Source: Eledone cirrhosa | Lineage: Eukaryota | DNA: 64,000 nucleotides | Assembly (NCBI GenBank): GCA_964016885.1 | Contig: OZ024745.1 | Coordinates: 134,540,001 to 134,604,000, forward strand | Direction of reading: 5' to 3' | Made by a program: the position numbers and the translations under genes | The notes under the pieces: generated by a model | What the model was told of the DNA's origin: nothing | Database searches by the model: none | Seen by the model: only the letters and a program-made list of their open reading frames with translations | Shown here: piece by piece, positions 25,456 to 39,082 of the stretch | Layout of the letters: each line of letters starts with the position of its first letter | How positions within the stretch are numbered: position 1 is the first letter of the stretch

Positions 25456-25648
25456 AATGTTAAAAACTGATATCAATTCAGCATTAACCTGTTTACAAGC
25501 TATTGAGAGAAAACTCCCTCTTGTATTGCGGTTCCTCAGTCATGAAGATGATGATATATCAGAAGCTGTGATTGGTTTTGCACAAGATTATATTGGACTC
25601 CTGAAACAATCTCCAAATTTGACTCAAAGACAAAGAGAACATATTCAG
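25456..25648 (+). CDS. XPOT: XPOT exon (MLKTDINSALTCLQAIE...HEDDDISE...REHIQ)
   Basis: ag/gtaag flanks; ORF 25457; phase consistent. Confidence 0.9.
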
Positions 25649-25714
25649 GTAAGTTAAATAAATAAATGACTTCTATTGATTTCAATAATAGTTCAAGCTG
25701 AAACATTTATGTAC

Positions 25715-26745
25715 ATTATTCCTAGCTAAGAATATACTGCTATATTTAGTTTTTGTTGATCTAGAGAAGACTTTTGATGGAGTACCTCAACCTGTCATCT
25801 GGTTTTCCTTAAGGAAACTAGGTGTAAAAGTATGGCTTGTAAGAGCAATACAAGCCATGTACAGAGGAGCTGTTAGTAAGGTGAGAGTAGGCAATGAGTT
25901 TAAGCAATTCATTTTGTAAGTAGGTGTTCATCAGTGTTCTGTCCTTAGCTCACTCCTGTTTATCATAGTTCTGCAAGTTACAACAGAGGAGTTTGACATG
26001 TTGCCTATGGAAACTCATGTATGCTGACAACCTGGTTCTAATAACCAAATCTGTAAAAGAGCTAGAGAAGAAAGTCCGGCTTTGGAAACAGAACTTAGAC
26101 TGAAAAGGGTTAAGAGTAAACTTTGGAAGTATGAAAACAGTAATGAAAAACATATCCCTTCAGAAGAATTACTTACATATGTAATATTTGTATCATCATA
26201 AGTTTTATAGAGCAGAAAAGAAAACAAGACCCTAATCCCACCAGGAAAATGACCATGCTCAATATGTAAAGGAGTAGGTAATAATTCTATACGATATAAT
26301 CCCACCAGGAAAGTCACCATGCTCAATATGTAAAGGAGTAGGTAGTAATTCTATACGATATACACAATGTAAATCTTAGATACACAAGAAGTGTAATGGT
26401 ATAGTAAGCAGACTAACAAAAGTAAACTTTGTATGTGGCCGATGTACAGGGATAGTAAGAGCACAAATAAAATAAACATTTTCCAGTTGCAGGAAGGCTC
26501 CATACAAGTGGCTCTTAGCTTCTGTTACCTAGGCGATAAGTTGGGAGGAGGCTGCACCAAGAGCATGATAGCTAAAGTATAAACAGGATGGAAAAATTTG
26601 GAGAGCTGCTACTCCTGTTGACAGCAAAAGGTTTCTCTACGAAAGAAAGGCTGGCTGTATAATGCATGTGTACAAAGTATACTATTGCATCGTAGTAAAA
26701 TATAGGCAGTGAACACACGATATGCTATGGCTGGAGAGAATTGAA
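25715..26745 (+). mobile_element. Degenerate RTE RT fragment in an XPOT intron
   Basis: FVDLEKTFD, SVLSSLLF, YADN and PHD relics. Confidence 0.85.
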
Positions 26746-26990
26746 GAAATGAATTGTTTGTGTTGCTAACTGTGGGACAAACAAACGTCACTGCTTTAAG
26801 TAAAGTTAAATGTGAAAGCCTAGGCAGTCTCACATATTTTGAAGAGCACAGCAATTTGTTGGAAATATGTAAACTTTTAACTATAAGTTAGTAGTCCAAC
26901 TTTTTAATCAGTCACCTTGGTTTGAATTTACATGATTGTTGTTACTATTTTAACATTATTTATTAAAAATTTTCCTTCTTTTACTTTCAG

Positions 26991-27053
26991 CAAATGTTAA
27001 TTATTATAATTAACAAACTGAAGTATGACGAAACATATAATTTTGATATTGAA
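26991..27053 (+). CDS. XPOT: XPOT exon (QMLIIIINKLKYDETYNFDIE)
   Basis: ag/gtaag flanks; KLxYDExYNF motif. Confidence 0.88.
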
Positions 27054-27829
27054 GTAAGTTGGAGTCGGATACTTGCTCTTTTCCTTATCACACTTTATTC
27101 CTAAAAAATATGTAAAAAATAGCATGTGGCATATTTTCTTGACTTACAAAAACTTTATTCAAAATATATGTTACATTGTAAATGTAAGTAAAATGGAGAT
27201 GTCATTTATACATGAGTATATAGTAAGTATAATATGTGCAGGCATGGTTGTATGGTTAAGAAGTTTACTTTACACTCATGTGATTTGGGGTTTAATCCCC
27301 CTGTGTGGCCTCTTAGACAAGTGTCTATTACTATAGCCTCAAGTTGACCCAAGCATTATGTGGACAGGAACTATATCTGTAATTTAAAGGTTTGTCATGG
27401 TCATGTTATTTTTACTTGAATGTTAAAGGTGCATGAAATACTCAACCACTTGGGCATTAATGAGTTGGAGGTTAAGTTGATAGCACTGAGTTCTCACTGT
27501 TGAAACCAATGTAGGCTCTGTCATTTGTAATAATGTAATTTAAAGAAAAGAAATGTAACTTCTAATAAAAACTGGACCTCATATCCTCTAATAATCAAAA
27601 TATGTTAACTCTTAACACCCTGTAATAATTTAAGAGAAATATATTTAAAAACAGGTTTGTTTATTCAAATGTTTAGAGTATCTTTACTAGTGGACATATC
27701 ATTGTGACAAATTTCAAATGTCTAATGTGATCCAGCTAAAGTCTTGCATTGTAATTTTCAAGAATGTTTTTTAATGTGCTTTCATGTGGTACAAGATATT
27801 AAGTTAATGTTATTTTTTAATCATTTCAG

Positions 27830-27901
27830 GGAGAGGAAGAGGCCATGTTTCAAGATTACAGGAAGCAGGTGAAGATTATATTCAATAACCTTGCTCAGCT
27901 A
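27830..27901 (+). CDS. XPOT: XPOT exon (GEEEAMFQDYRKQVKIIFNNLAQL)
   Basis: ag/gtaag flanks; EAMFxxYRKQ motif. Confidence 0.9.
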
Positions 27902-28149
27902 GTAAGTGTATATTTAGTCTTTATTAGCATAGTTTGATAGGCTTTGTATTTCTTTGTGGTTGATTAATTTTTAACATCCTGTAATGATTTATCAGAAAAG
28001 ATCTGCAAACGGGTTTGTTGATTTCAAATGTTTAGTATATATTTTATATACCTGTATGCTCAATGTATATATATATACATATTAGCACAATTTTTGTTAA
28101 CCTTGTACAAATATGTATTTATATATAATTTATATCTTAAATGAGAGTT

Positions 28150-28680
28150 GTCCCCAAAATAAGGGTACTGATTTTCTTATGTACAACATGGTAACGCAGG
28201 TGTGTTGATTATGACTTTGGCTACATGTACAAATGTGCTTCAACATGATCAATTTAGTTAGTAATTAGTTATTGCTGTTATGTACAGATGTGTTTATAAC
28301 CTCTGTTACGTATGTGACCAAATGTGCAACCGAAACATTTAATTCTTTAACACAAACTTATGGAGTTGCCACTTTATTGAGAAGTAAGATTTTTTAGAAG
28401 CACAAAGTTCATTCTGGAAGGACAATCTCATCAACTGCGAGCAGTGATAGTGAAATATCGCTGATTGTGAGGATGATTGCAGAAGAAACAGGCTTAGATA
28501 AAAGTGCAGTTAACAAAATTTTAACATAACATTTGCACATGAGAAAAATTTGTGCAAAACTAGTGTCCAAACACTTGTCTGTGGAGCAAAAAGCGAACCA
28601 GTTGGAAATTTATCAGGATTTGCTAGTGACTCGAAAATGAGCAAAATTTCTTTTAATAAAGTAATAACAAAATCTTTCTC
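28150..28680 (+). mobile_element. mariner transposase relic in an XPOT intron
   Basis: IAEETGLDKSAVNKILTYNLHMRKICAKLVSKHLSVEQK: HTH plus WVPxxL-like linker. Confidence 0.72.
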
Positions 28681-28773
28681 TAGAATATTCCACCTGTTGC
28701 AGTTATATTTGAAGAGTAGAATCTTACTAACATTGGAAAATAGGCTTTTACACTATATATTCTTCAATTGCAG

Positions 28774-28902
28774 GATTCCAACATGGTTTTAATGACTGTT
28801 CATTCAGTTCTTTCCAATATGCTATCTCAGTGGAAAACTTTGGAGTTTTGGGATGTAGAAATGCCAATTATGTTAATGTACATGCTTGGAGAGGCCCTCC
28901 CT
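28774..28902 (+). CDS. XPOT: XPOT exon (DSNMVLMTV...YMLGEALP)
   Basis: ag/gtaag flanks; YMLxEALP motif. Confidence 0.88.
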
Positions 28903-29783
28903 GTAAGTTAACTAGTTGTTTTGTCTTTGATATTTTAAAACTAATTGAACTTTTTTTTTTTTATTAAGGATAAAGTATGAGATATGTCTTTAACTCTGTG
29001 TTTAAGTTTCAATTAATTTTGAAAATAATCAAAACATTGGAGGAATTTAATGAAATAACTTTTCATTAGTAACCTGTTTGGAACACTACTAAAAAGATAT
29101 AAATAAATTTATGATGGGAGGTTTTTATATAAGTATGAATATTTTAAAATGGTCAGTTTTGTATAATAAAACCCATGAGTGGTTTCAGGTGGGTTAGTAT
29201 AAAAAAACGGTTTAAAATATCCTAATTTGTTCTGCTTTCTGAAAAGTTCTGTTGAAGCAATGTTTCAGTCCAAATAATGGGAACGGTGCATGTCATTCTG
29301 ATCGAGAAGAATGCAATTCTTCAATAGTTCAGCACCGTAACTAATGTTATTGCTTGGTCTTAGGCATGCCTGATCAAGATGACCTATGATCAAAGACATT
29401 ACACTTGTGGCCATCATATCTTTTCTTTTAGGCATAGTTTATTTCTAGGATTACATTATCCAACAAGTCTTCTCTTAAGACAGTAGGGTAGGATTTAATG
29501 AATATTTTAGCTGTTCGTTCTAGCAGATCGAATGACTACACAGTGGCTACCTTGTTGGCTCAGTTATCCATTGGAGCCAGTGCAACTGAGGTTGAGTTGG
29601 TAGAACACTCTACTCAACTAGTGTTACTGGTTTAAATTATGTATTGGCATTGAGTTGTCATAGCTCAGAGACATCTAAACAGCCCAGTTTACATAGTTGT
29701 CATTTCTATAACTATGTATTCTTTTACATTTCATCAATATAATCATAATCAACAACTACAAAAATGTATCTTCGAAATTTCAT

Positions 29784-30680
29784 TTAACCCTTTAGCATTC
29801 AAACCGGGCCATATCCGGCCAGAATTCTCTCACCTCTTTCTGTTCAAACCAGCTGTAACAGGCCACTCATACTGATGTTAAGGTATTGTTCTAAAAATAA
29901 ATATCAAAATCTCGTAGATTTGATATAAATGAAATAATTATATGAGGTAACACTTTTACTTAGAAAATACAATAATATATATAGAGTAATTAAACCGGCT
30001 GTATCCAGCCAGAATTCCCTCACCTCTTTCTGTTCAAACCAGCTGTAACTGACCACTCATATTGACGTTAAGGTATTGTTCTCAAATAATATCAAAATCT
30101 CATAGATTCGATATGTGAGATAATTATCTATATACTACTAAAACTCTGTGATCGTGTGCGTGTCTGTAATTTAATACAGCCAAAAACGGCACATAATGGG
30201 AAAATACTTTGAAAGGAAGTTGCCCCTGAAATGGGAATATAAATGGAATAAAGCAAATTTCGCATAAATTAGAGCATGGGTTCCCGAAGAACAGGGTTTT
30301 TCCGGGTACCTTCATAGATATATAGAGAGAAAGAGATAGTGGTTGTGAGAGAGTAGATTGATACAGAGAGAGAGAGCTGGTGGTGTTGTTGACTGAAATT
30401 ACAAGTGAATTCAAAGAATCGAATGCAGCATTACTGTATCTGTGTGTAGTGAATCATTCCTGCTAAATAGGAAGGGTTTCTATGTGTGTGTATATATATA
30501 TATATATGTGTGTGTCTGTGACCAGTTTATATAGATCACAGGCACACACATGGGTCTTTCAATTTCATTTTACATTATATACATGTCTGTGTATTTTAAT
30601 TATATAAAGTGAACTTGACCTAACGGGTCACGGGTAATCTAGTGTAAGATGAAGCCTTTACCACAAAAATACAATACTCT
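29784..30680. mobile_element. piggyBac-type MITE with internal duplication, interrupted by a Helitron
   Basis: TTAACCCTTTAGCATT start; body present twice; resumes at 30643. Confidence 0.75.
30127..30642 (+). mobile_element. Non-autonomous Helitron
   Basis: 5' TC, subterminal hairpin tgacctaacgggtca, 3' CTAG; inserted between A and T with no TSD. Confidence 0.8.
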
Positions 30681-30681
30681 A

Positions 30682-31090
30682 TCATCATCACTGTTTTACG
30701 TCCGTTCTTCCATGCTAGCATGGGTTAGACGGGTTGTCCTGTTGTGGGCAGTAGCCGGTCGGCTGACCATGCCTTGCTCATACGGGAACTAATTCGGGCT
30801 TGATTTCTACAGCTGGATGCTCTTCCTAACACCAACTTCATTTACAGTGAGTGTTGGGTGCTTTTTTTCCGTGGCGCCTACACGTCCACTTTACAGTGTG
30901 GGCTGGGTGCTTTTTTGCCGTGGCACTTCCACGACCACTTTACAGTGCGAGGGTGTAGGGGCATATTGTCTATATGCTTCAGCTTTGGCTTGTACCCGTG
31001 GGGGGTGGGGTGTCAGGTCTTCTGTATTACTGCGTGATGCCAGAGGTCACGGTCGTGTGTCATCGCCCTTGAGAGGTGTAATTGGGTAAG
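30682..31090 (-). mobile_element. RTE 3' end
   Basis: Reverse complement of about 2990-3385. Confidence 0.85.
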
Positions 31091-31203
31091 GAAAATGTGT
31101 TGTGTGCATACATGTGCACTTATGTATTTGTGTGTGAAAGAGCCGCCAATATATACAAGATTTAATATTTGATAACTTATTTTTAAATGAATTTCCTATT
31201 TAG

Positions 31204-31269
31204 TCTTCCAATCAAAGTTTTACTGGTTGCAAGGAGAAGCCTTCTCCATTACAGGAAATGATGCAATTG
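31204..31269 (+). CDS. XPOT: XPOT exon (SSNQSFTGCKEKPSPLQEMMQL)
   Basis: ag/gtaag flanks; LQxMM motif. Confidence 0.82.
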
Positions 31270-31822
31270 GTAAGTGCTGTTTTTCTCTTTTTCTTTGAAT
31301 TTTTTAATGATAGAATCTTATACACTGAACTTTCCTTTACTATACATTAAGGAGTATCTCTCCAGGTGAAGAAATTCCTTTTGTCACTGCTGTCATATTT
31401 TACTTTGAAACTATCTTTCACTATACATTAGGAAGAAATGTCACTCTAGGTTAGTCATTTCTAAACTTATTGTCACAGAACCCTTATAGAATTTTTCCTA
31501 ATAATTGTGGAATGCATATCTATATTTTATGGACATCCTAATTTTAATACAGCATCAAATGTACCAAAAATTGTTTTAGAGAGAAAATTTATTTGTATAT
31601 GGGTTACAAGTACATAGATGTAGTGCTTGTCCTACAATAAAATACACCCAGCCAATCCTATAAAATAATTGTGCTGATGGAATGACAAATTCCACTCTGT
31701 GATGTGGTGATGCTAGTCTCAATAAAATGCTCCCCCATACACATGAGCTACATGGTTATTTGACTAGTCTAGCGTAAGAATGTGACAACCTTTTTAACCC
31801 ATACAAGTTGAGAAAGTAGGTG

Positions 31823-32040
31823 TTAACTCCTTAGCATTTACATTACTCTATATTTACTGTTGTATTTTTACAATAAAGGTTTTATCTTACACAATTACCT
31901 CACATTATATCAAATCTATGAGATTTTGATATTATTTATTTTGAGAATAATACTTTAACGTCAGTATGAGTGGCTGGTCTGAACAGAAAGAGGTGAGAGA
32001 ATTCTGGCCAGATAAGCTGGTTTAAATGCTAAAGAGTTAA
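31823..32040. mobile_element. piggyBac-type MITE
   Basis: TTAA flanks, degenerate TIRs, inverted body. Confidence 0.78.
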
Positions 32041-32457
32041 ACAATGATGATGTTGATGAAAAACAAAACAGGGCAAGAATCCTAGTCTTCATTAAGACAT
32101 TTCTCTAGAAGGTCATTCTGATATAAAACCTGCAACATCGTTTGCATGCAATGATGTAGACCAGTTCTACTTTTTGGGTAAATGCATTTGATCTTCAGAG
32201 AGTGGGATTGGCCCCGTGCAAAGCCTTTCCGCACTTACAAAAGCTTCAAGCAAAGGCATCGTTTTGTGAGATTTTTTTGCGATTCATGGCATTGGTGGTC
32301 ATAGGCAAGTCTCTAGCAGAACTAAAAAGCCACATCCATGATGCTCATGCTTAAGTATCAAGCGATGGCATTACTCGAAATCGAGTTGCAGCCATCATAT
32401 GTATGTATATATATCTATTTATGTATATATATTATATAAAATATTTCTCAATTTCAG

Positions 32458-32577
32458 TTAGTATCTTCAGGTGTTAGCTGCCATAAACACAGCTGTGTAC
32501 AACTTCAGGTACTGGAAACTGTGGTGCGATATGAGAAGTTCTTCAATACCCAACCAGAATATATTCCAGATGTTTTG
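32458..32577 (+). CDS. XPOT: XPOT exon (LVSSGVSCHKH...ETVVRYEKFF...IPDVL)
   Basis: ag/gt flanks; ETVVRYEKFF motif. Confidence 0.9.
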
Positions 32578-33609
32578 GTTTGTATTGAGTTAATTAAATT
32601 AAAAAAAAAAGAAAATTGTTTTAGTTTTTGTTCTCATAGTTGATTATTTGCTTGAAGACTGATATTTATCTTAGCTCCATTGCGAGACGGGTTCAGCGCG
32701 GCCAACTGGCCTGTCCCTCATGACAGAGCCATCCAGTCCCACACTTTAAATGTGGTTGGTGTTAGGAAGGGCATCCAGCTGTAGAATACCCAGCCAAATT
32801 TACAGTCCTCGCTGGAGCAAGGTGGGATATGGCCAGACATACCTTCTGGCATGGATGACATCTAACCCAAGCATGCATGGAAGAATTGACGCTAAATGGA
32901 AATGATGATGATGCTACCCCCTTAAAAAGTGCCCACTATACTCTAAAGTGGTCGTTTTTGTCCCATGATAAAATGTTCTCAGTACATCATATAAATTGGT
33001 AGTACTGGTACCACGATAAAATGCATCTTGTATACTGTTTGATGGATATCCAGCTGTAAAAACCATGACAACACATGACTGTGCTGTCCTATTGAATCTA
33101 AGCCAACATTGAAAGCACACGTAAAATTATTTAAAATTTGCATATCACGATCTTCACTGTTTTTAAGGTCTGCTTTTCTACGAGTGCATTGGTTGGGCAA
33201 GATTTCTTGAGGTAGAAGTCTTTTATTCTGCCAAACTGCAGGACATTGTTTATTTGGGATATAAATGAAAATTAACGGTGTTAAATGTTAAATCATGCAG
33301 AGACATACATTCATTTATATGATTAGCTTTTGCAATTTTTGTTTACTAAATTTCATTTACAAGGTGGTCTGATGTAAAGATTTGCCCAAAGTGCCACGAA
33401 ACCTCATGGCTGTAAAGCAAACTTTGTAACCACAGAGCCATGTCTATGCCTTTACATTTTAATATTAATTTAAAACTTTTACTATGAATGATTGATTTTG
33501 ATTGTAATTTTTGAAGTTTGAGATTAAATTTTACTTAAGTTAGAAATGTATTTGTGAAGTGGATAGTCTTTTAACTGAATTTATGTTTTCTTGTATTCTT
33601 TCCTTTTAG

Positions 33610-33704
33610 ATGGCTTTTCTAGATGAGCGAGGACTACGAAATAAATCACCCCAAGTCCGCAGTAGGGCAGCCTATCTATTTTCTCGTTTTGTAAAAGTGT
33701 TAAA
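33610..33704 (+). CDS. XPOT: XPOT exon (MAFLDERGLRNKSPQVRSRAAYLFSRFVKVLK)
   Basis: ag/gtgag flanks; highly conserved motif. Confidence 0.92.
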
Positions 33705-34299
33705 GTGAGTTAGTTATGTTTTATATTTTTAACTCAATCAATTTTAGTGTGTTTTGTTTATTTACATTGCCTGTGTCTTTCAATTTATTTTGAAAATAAT
33801 AAAAAATTTGGAGGAATTTAATAAAATAACCTTTTCATTTTTAAGCTGATGTTTTAAAACAATTTCTTAAATAAAATTATGAAGGACCTAATAAAATCAT
33901 TTTAAAGGGACCAGTTTTGTATCATAAATTCAGGGGCTGTTTTGGGCAAAAGGTTTATTATATATGGAATAATTGGTGATTGTTCTTAAAACAAGATAAC
34001 TTCTTTGTGAATTGTAGATACAAAAAATATTTGATTTATCCCTGCCCACTGCAAGCTGAAGCCCTTACTATCCTTTACTACTCTCATCCATGTAATATCA
34101 ATAAACTTATTGGTCTCAGCTATCCATTTTATTTTCCGTCTTCCCCAACAATGTGTATCTGTCCTCTTCCCCAATTTTCTGTATTTGTCCTCTCCTTTTA
34201 CTATTGTGAACATCTCAGTAACACTGTTTAATAATTCCTGTGAAAAACTGCTAAATTTTCAAAAGTGATTTATATATATTCTTGGTTTATTTCTTGTAG

Positions 34300-34468
34300 G
34301 TCTCATCTGCAGGATTATTTAGAACACATATTGAAGCAGATTACTGATATGCTTGTGTTGCATTCCCCAGAGAATGGCTGCATCCAACAACTTCTCAGTT
34401 GTGATGACCAGCTGTTTATATATGAAACTGTTGGTATACTCATTGTGGCCAGTAATTTCCCACCAGAG
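34300..34468 (+). CDS. XPOT: XPOT exon (SHLQDYLEHIL...DDQLFIYETVGILIVASNFPPE)
   Basis: ag/gt flanks; within ORF 34265..34588. Confidence 0.9.
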
Positions 34469-35269
34469 GTAGAGTATCTAAGTTTTCTTGTCTACACACT
34501 GATCTTTATAAAACAGAAATATATAGAAGAATGTTGTGTCAAATGTTATGTTAAGTCATCATCATTTAACATTTGTTTTTCCTGCTAGTAAGAGTTATAA
34601 GGGTCATCACTCAGCCAGTCAGTATTTAATCAAAAGAGCCAAGTACTGCATTTCGCTTATATACATTCCTGCCCTCTACAGATGGCACTTGTATTTTATC
34701 TTGGTACCATTACTAGGGAGATAGTCACATCTTTTATACCGCTAAAGAGTCTCTCAACCTTTGTTTGGCAAGTTTATATGCTTGGCCAGACTGAAAAATC
34801 CTCTCTACTCTCTGTCATCATTCAATAAATCCTTTTAACCCTGTAATGTCACCGTTCAATGTGTCCTCTCTACCTTATGACTGTTCAACTGTAATTTGAA
34901 ATTATACAAAATTGCTATGTTGCTACCGTATCAAAATTCAATATAGAAAAATAAATGAACAGGGATATGATTAAATATAAATTATCATTAATATCAATTT
35001 ATTTCTGTTTTCCATGCTTGCAATATAGTTAACATTTCTTTGAAATTTAGTAGTGGTTAATGAAAGCACACAAAGTTGTTCTTCATTTGTACTTAACTAA
35101 ATGCTGTAAAGGAGTTGGTGTTAGGAAGTACATAGAAATGAAGCCAAAACAAAGTATACATGCAGAACCCGGTTGCCTAACCTGTCTAACCCATGGAAAA
35201 TAGACATTAAACAGTGATGATGATGCAAAAATAAACTGTAATTTCTAACAATTGTTTCTTTTGTTCCAG

Positions 35270-35412
35270 CGAAAGCAGATTCTTATCCAAAAGCTGTTAG
35301 CTCCTATAGTGTCAAATTTTGAGACAATGTTGACGAAACTTTGCTCTGAATTAAATGAAGACAACCAAGAGAATTATGCTTGTTACATTAACAATGCTAT
35401 CAGTTTTGCTAG
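35270..35412 (+). CDS. XPOT: XPOT exon (RKQILIQKLLAP...INNAISFAS)
   Basis: ag/gtaag flanks; phase consistent. Confidence 0.88.
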
Positions 35413-35679
35413 GTAAGACATAATTTACTGAACCCATTTGTCACTGGCTTTATTGTTAAGATAATTCTTGAGATAATTTAACTCTGTTGATACCAAACTA
35501 CCTGTAAGGCCCCTAAATTGCTTAAGTTTATGTAAAAACTTTTGTTGCAAAGTGTTGAAGGTTAGTTGTTGGAGGACTTTGTCAGAAATGTAGTTCCAGG
35601 GAAATATGGTATGAGAGGGGACTGGGATTTGTTTTATTATTATTACTTTACTTTCACCAAATTGTGTTCTATTTTTCAG

Positions 35680-35965
35680 TCGAATAAGCAAAGGCTTTTC
35701 TAACCAGCAAACTATGAAGCAGTGTGGTTGTGTGGATGCATTCACCGAAGCCTTGAAAATCTTCCTACAAAGTTTCAAATGTCCTGTACAGAGACAACTG
35801 ATACGTTCTGGTGTAAGGCAATACCTCCATCGAATGGTGGTTTGTCTGGAAGAAGAAATTTTCCCATTTATTCCTCTCATTCTTGAAAACCTGCTGCAAC
35901 AGCCTGATGCCAAAGAACTTCATGATTTCATTCCACTAATGACACAAATCATTATGAAGTTCAAA
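35680..35965 (+). CDS. XPOT: XPOT exon (RISKGFSNQQTMKQCGC...FIPLMTQIIMKFK)
   Basis: ag/gtaag flanks; ORF 35714. Confidence 0.92.
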
Positions 35966-36813
35966 GTAAGTACCAACTTTAATTACAACCTGACTTTTGT
36001 TAGTTTTGAAGATGGCAATCACACTTACCTAAGATGTCCTGCAGTGGTATTGAACCCAGAACCTGCTCTGTCCACAATTGTTCTAGTATAATAGTATATT
36101 TAATCTTCCTTATGACATCCCATTGCCTTGTTTGTTTTCTATTCCTAGCATTATGATTACTCCTAGTGAAGGAGAATGTTGGATCATCAGGTTTTATTTT
36201 CAGTTTTCATGCAGCTATTTTTCTAGATTTAGTAAATCAGAAGTTCCATCTTTTCTCATTTTACCACAAGCCCCTTTGTATCTTTTGGTTTTGGTGGTAC
36301 ATTAGTCAGAGAATGATTAGCAGTACTGATAGTCTTTGCAGGTCCTTCGATTCCAAGGAGATCTTAGCATGGATGAGAGAATAGCTACTAAAGTGTGAAG
36401 ATGGTAGGGGCCATATGAATAGGTCAGATCACATTTCACACATTGTATGTTTATGACTGGGTCTTCATCATCACACCAACCCTCTTTATCCTTTGTTATC
36501 TCATTTCTGAAGCTTTGTTTCTTAAAGTCTGTCTTCACTACCTCATCCAAAGTCTTCTTGACACTGCTACATTCCATATGAATCACATATCCACACCAAT
36601 GCAGTCTTCTCTCTTGCACACTACATTCCAATTCTTCTTATAGTTTTTCTCTATATCCCAAATTTTAGAATAGGTACACTGTATCCTTGTAAGAGGTTTG
36701 GTATCAGAAGGGTCATAAATTACAGCCTCAAACATCCCATCCTACCCAGTCCAGCATGGAAGACAAGATGATAATGATTGTGATTATTTGCTTTGTATTT
36801 ACATTCATTTCAG

Positions 36814-36993
36814 AAAACAATTAGTCCATTCCTTAGGGAGATGTTCTGTCCTTTTGTTCAAACCATATATGGAGTGTTGTCAATACCCCAAGATGAATAT
36901 GATCAGGTGGCAGCTAATGAGAAGAGGTTACTTCAGAAGAGTTATTTCCAGTTTCTTGCTTGTATTGTCAGTAACAATGTACATGAAGTCAAG
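36814..36993 (+). CDS. XPOT: XPOT exon (KTISPFLREMF...SYFQFLACIVSNNVHEV; 3' end appears to carry a short deletion)
   Basis: ag/gtaac flanks; ends in phase 0 while the next exon needs phase 1. Confidence 0.85.
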
Positions 36994-37216
36994 GTAACCA
37001 TCTTTGTTGCTGTTGTTTAACCCCAAGTCAAAATCAATCCTGCCACAATCGTCCTTTCTTTTAGAGGTATCTAGAATTACGTTATCTGATGCTATTTTAA
37101 GATGGTGAGCTGTGATTTGATGCAGATTGGCTGTTGTTTCTAATAGTATCAAACAACTGTTTAAAGACTGACTTTTCTTTTCTTGCTTGCTTGAAAGTAA
37201 CAATTTTCATTATTAT

Positions 37217-37320
37217 CCCGCCGAGGTTGACTTTGCCTTTCATCCTTACGGGGTCGATAAAATAAAGTACCAGTAATGCACTGGGTAATTGCTGGCCTTG
37301 TGCCTAAAAGTAGAAACAAT
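37217..37320 (+). mobile_element. SINE family A, 5'-truncated
   Basis: 3' half identical to consensus of other copies. Confidence 0.8.
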
Positions 37321-37631
37321 TATTTTATTAAACCTTTAAAACACAATACATAATAATTTCATGTTAAATAGATGTGGTATTTGATATTGTATTTGGTGGA
37401 GAGGAAAGTTGATTATATCAACCCCAGAAGGATGAACGGTAAAGTTAACCTCGGTGGAACTGAACATGAAGAAACATAATTGTAGTAAAGCATTTTGTTT
37501 GCCAATTCCACCATTGAAATCCATACAGAATTTCTTCAGAAGACAGCATTATTAGAAACAATTCAGATCTTGGGGGAGATTCTTGAAACATAAACAAACA
37601 AAGAAAAAAAATTTGAGAGACTTATCAATTA

Positions 37632-38125
37632 CTAGCTGAGCTACCCAGTAATTCCCGGCTACTTTATTAAAGTTTCAATATTTGAAACATTGAAATATGA
37701 TTGCTGAATTTTAACTAAAGTAAGAATTATAGCAGAATCTTTAAATATTAGTTTTGTCTGGTGGTGATTTCTTTTAATACTGCTCCCTATTGCAGTAAGC
37801 ATTTATAATGCTTTGCACTTGGAAGAATCATTAGGTATGTTGTCAGTGAAAAGGGCATGACCCAAAAAATAAATTTAGATTTTACTTATCCTTCTTTTGT
37901 ACAATCAGAACCTCTAAAATGCAAGGGAGGCAACTCCGCTATTATAATTGCTTCCCCTTTTCGAATATACTTTATTGCCGTGTTTTTTTCATAAATCTAG
38001 TCAGAGCTCGACAAAAATATCCTCACTTTCTTCTTTGGAAAAACGTACATCTATGGTGCCATTTGGCCAAAAGTTTGTTACATACATAGATACATACATA
38101 CGACCGTCAGCTTTATTAATATAGA
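37632..38125 (-). mobile_element. Non-autonomous Helitron-like element
   Basis: Minus strand starts TCTATATTAATAAAG + (GTAT)n and ends with a GC-rich patch + CTAG; A|T target. Confidence 0.68.
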
Positions 38126-38272
38126 TTGACTCTGTTGGCATAAATGCAGCATGTTATATTAAAACTCCACTTGAGAGAAGAAATATACTTTTTTTAAATG
38201 TGTTCCGTTGATGTTTACATGAAAAACATGGATTATTAAAATGATAATGGAATTTTTTATATATTTATCTAG

Positions 38273-38340
38273 AAGCTTCAAATTTTCATCAAGTTCTAAT
38301 GACCATTGTTGAAAGAGCTTGCAATAATCCTGATCCTCAG
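38273..38340 (+). CDS. XPOT: XPOT exon (ASNFHQVLMTIVERACNNPDPQ)
   Basis: ag/gtaat flanks; PDP motif. Confidence 0.8.
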
Positions 38341-38902
38341 GTAATGTATTCTTTTACTGGTTTGTCATTAGACTGGTTTTGCTGGGACAACACCGTAAGA
38401 GAATTTAGGTGATCATTTTGGTGCTATCATCATCATCGTTTAATGTCCATTTTCCATGCTTGCTTGGGTTAGACAGTTGCTCACATTGATCAGTAATGGT
38501 TTTGTAAAACCACTAAATTACACAATGCATGTAGACATGGGGACACATACATATGATAGTGGAACCTATGAAAATTCAGTGTTTCATAGATGTTCTTATT
38601 TCTATTGTATGCGTGCATGCCCTGGTTTGCTGCAGACAGCACGTTGAGCTGGTGTTTATCCGGGTGTCATGGCATGAAGCGACTGAGAATGCAAGACTTC
38701 CCCCTGAACAGGATGCCAATGCTATTGTTAGTACTCACTTTCAGCTGAGTATACTGGAGCAACATGATATGAAGTGTTTTTGCTTAAGAACACAGCACGC
38801 ATCCCAATCCAGGAATCAAACCCATGACATTACGATTGTAAGTCCAACACCCTTACCACTCAGCCATGTACCTTCACTTTATTATTTCTATTGTAATGAA
38901 AA

Positions 38903-39082
38903 AGGCGGTGGATTGGCAGTATCGGTAGTGGGTTGAACGCCATGCTTTGCAACATAGTTACGGCCTTTTGCAATCTAAGTTCAAATCTAACCGAGGTTAA
39001 CTTTGCTTTTCATCCTTATGGGGTCAATAAAGTAAAGTAATGCACAGGGATAATTGCTGGCCTTGTGCCAAAAGTAGAAACA
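38903..39082 (+). mobile_element. SINE family A with 20-bp TSD
   Basis: attatttctattgtaatgaa at 38881-38900 and 39083-39102. Confidence 0.85.
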
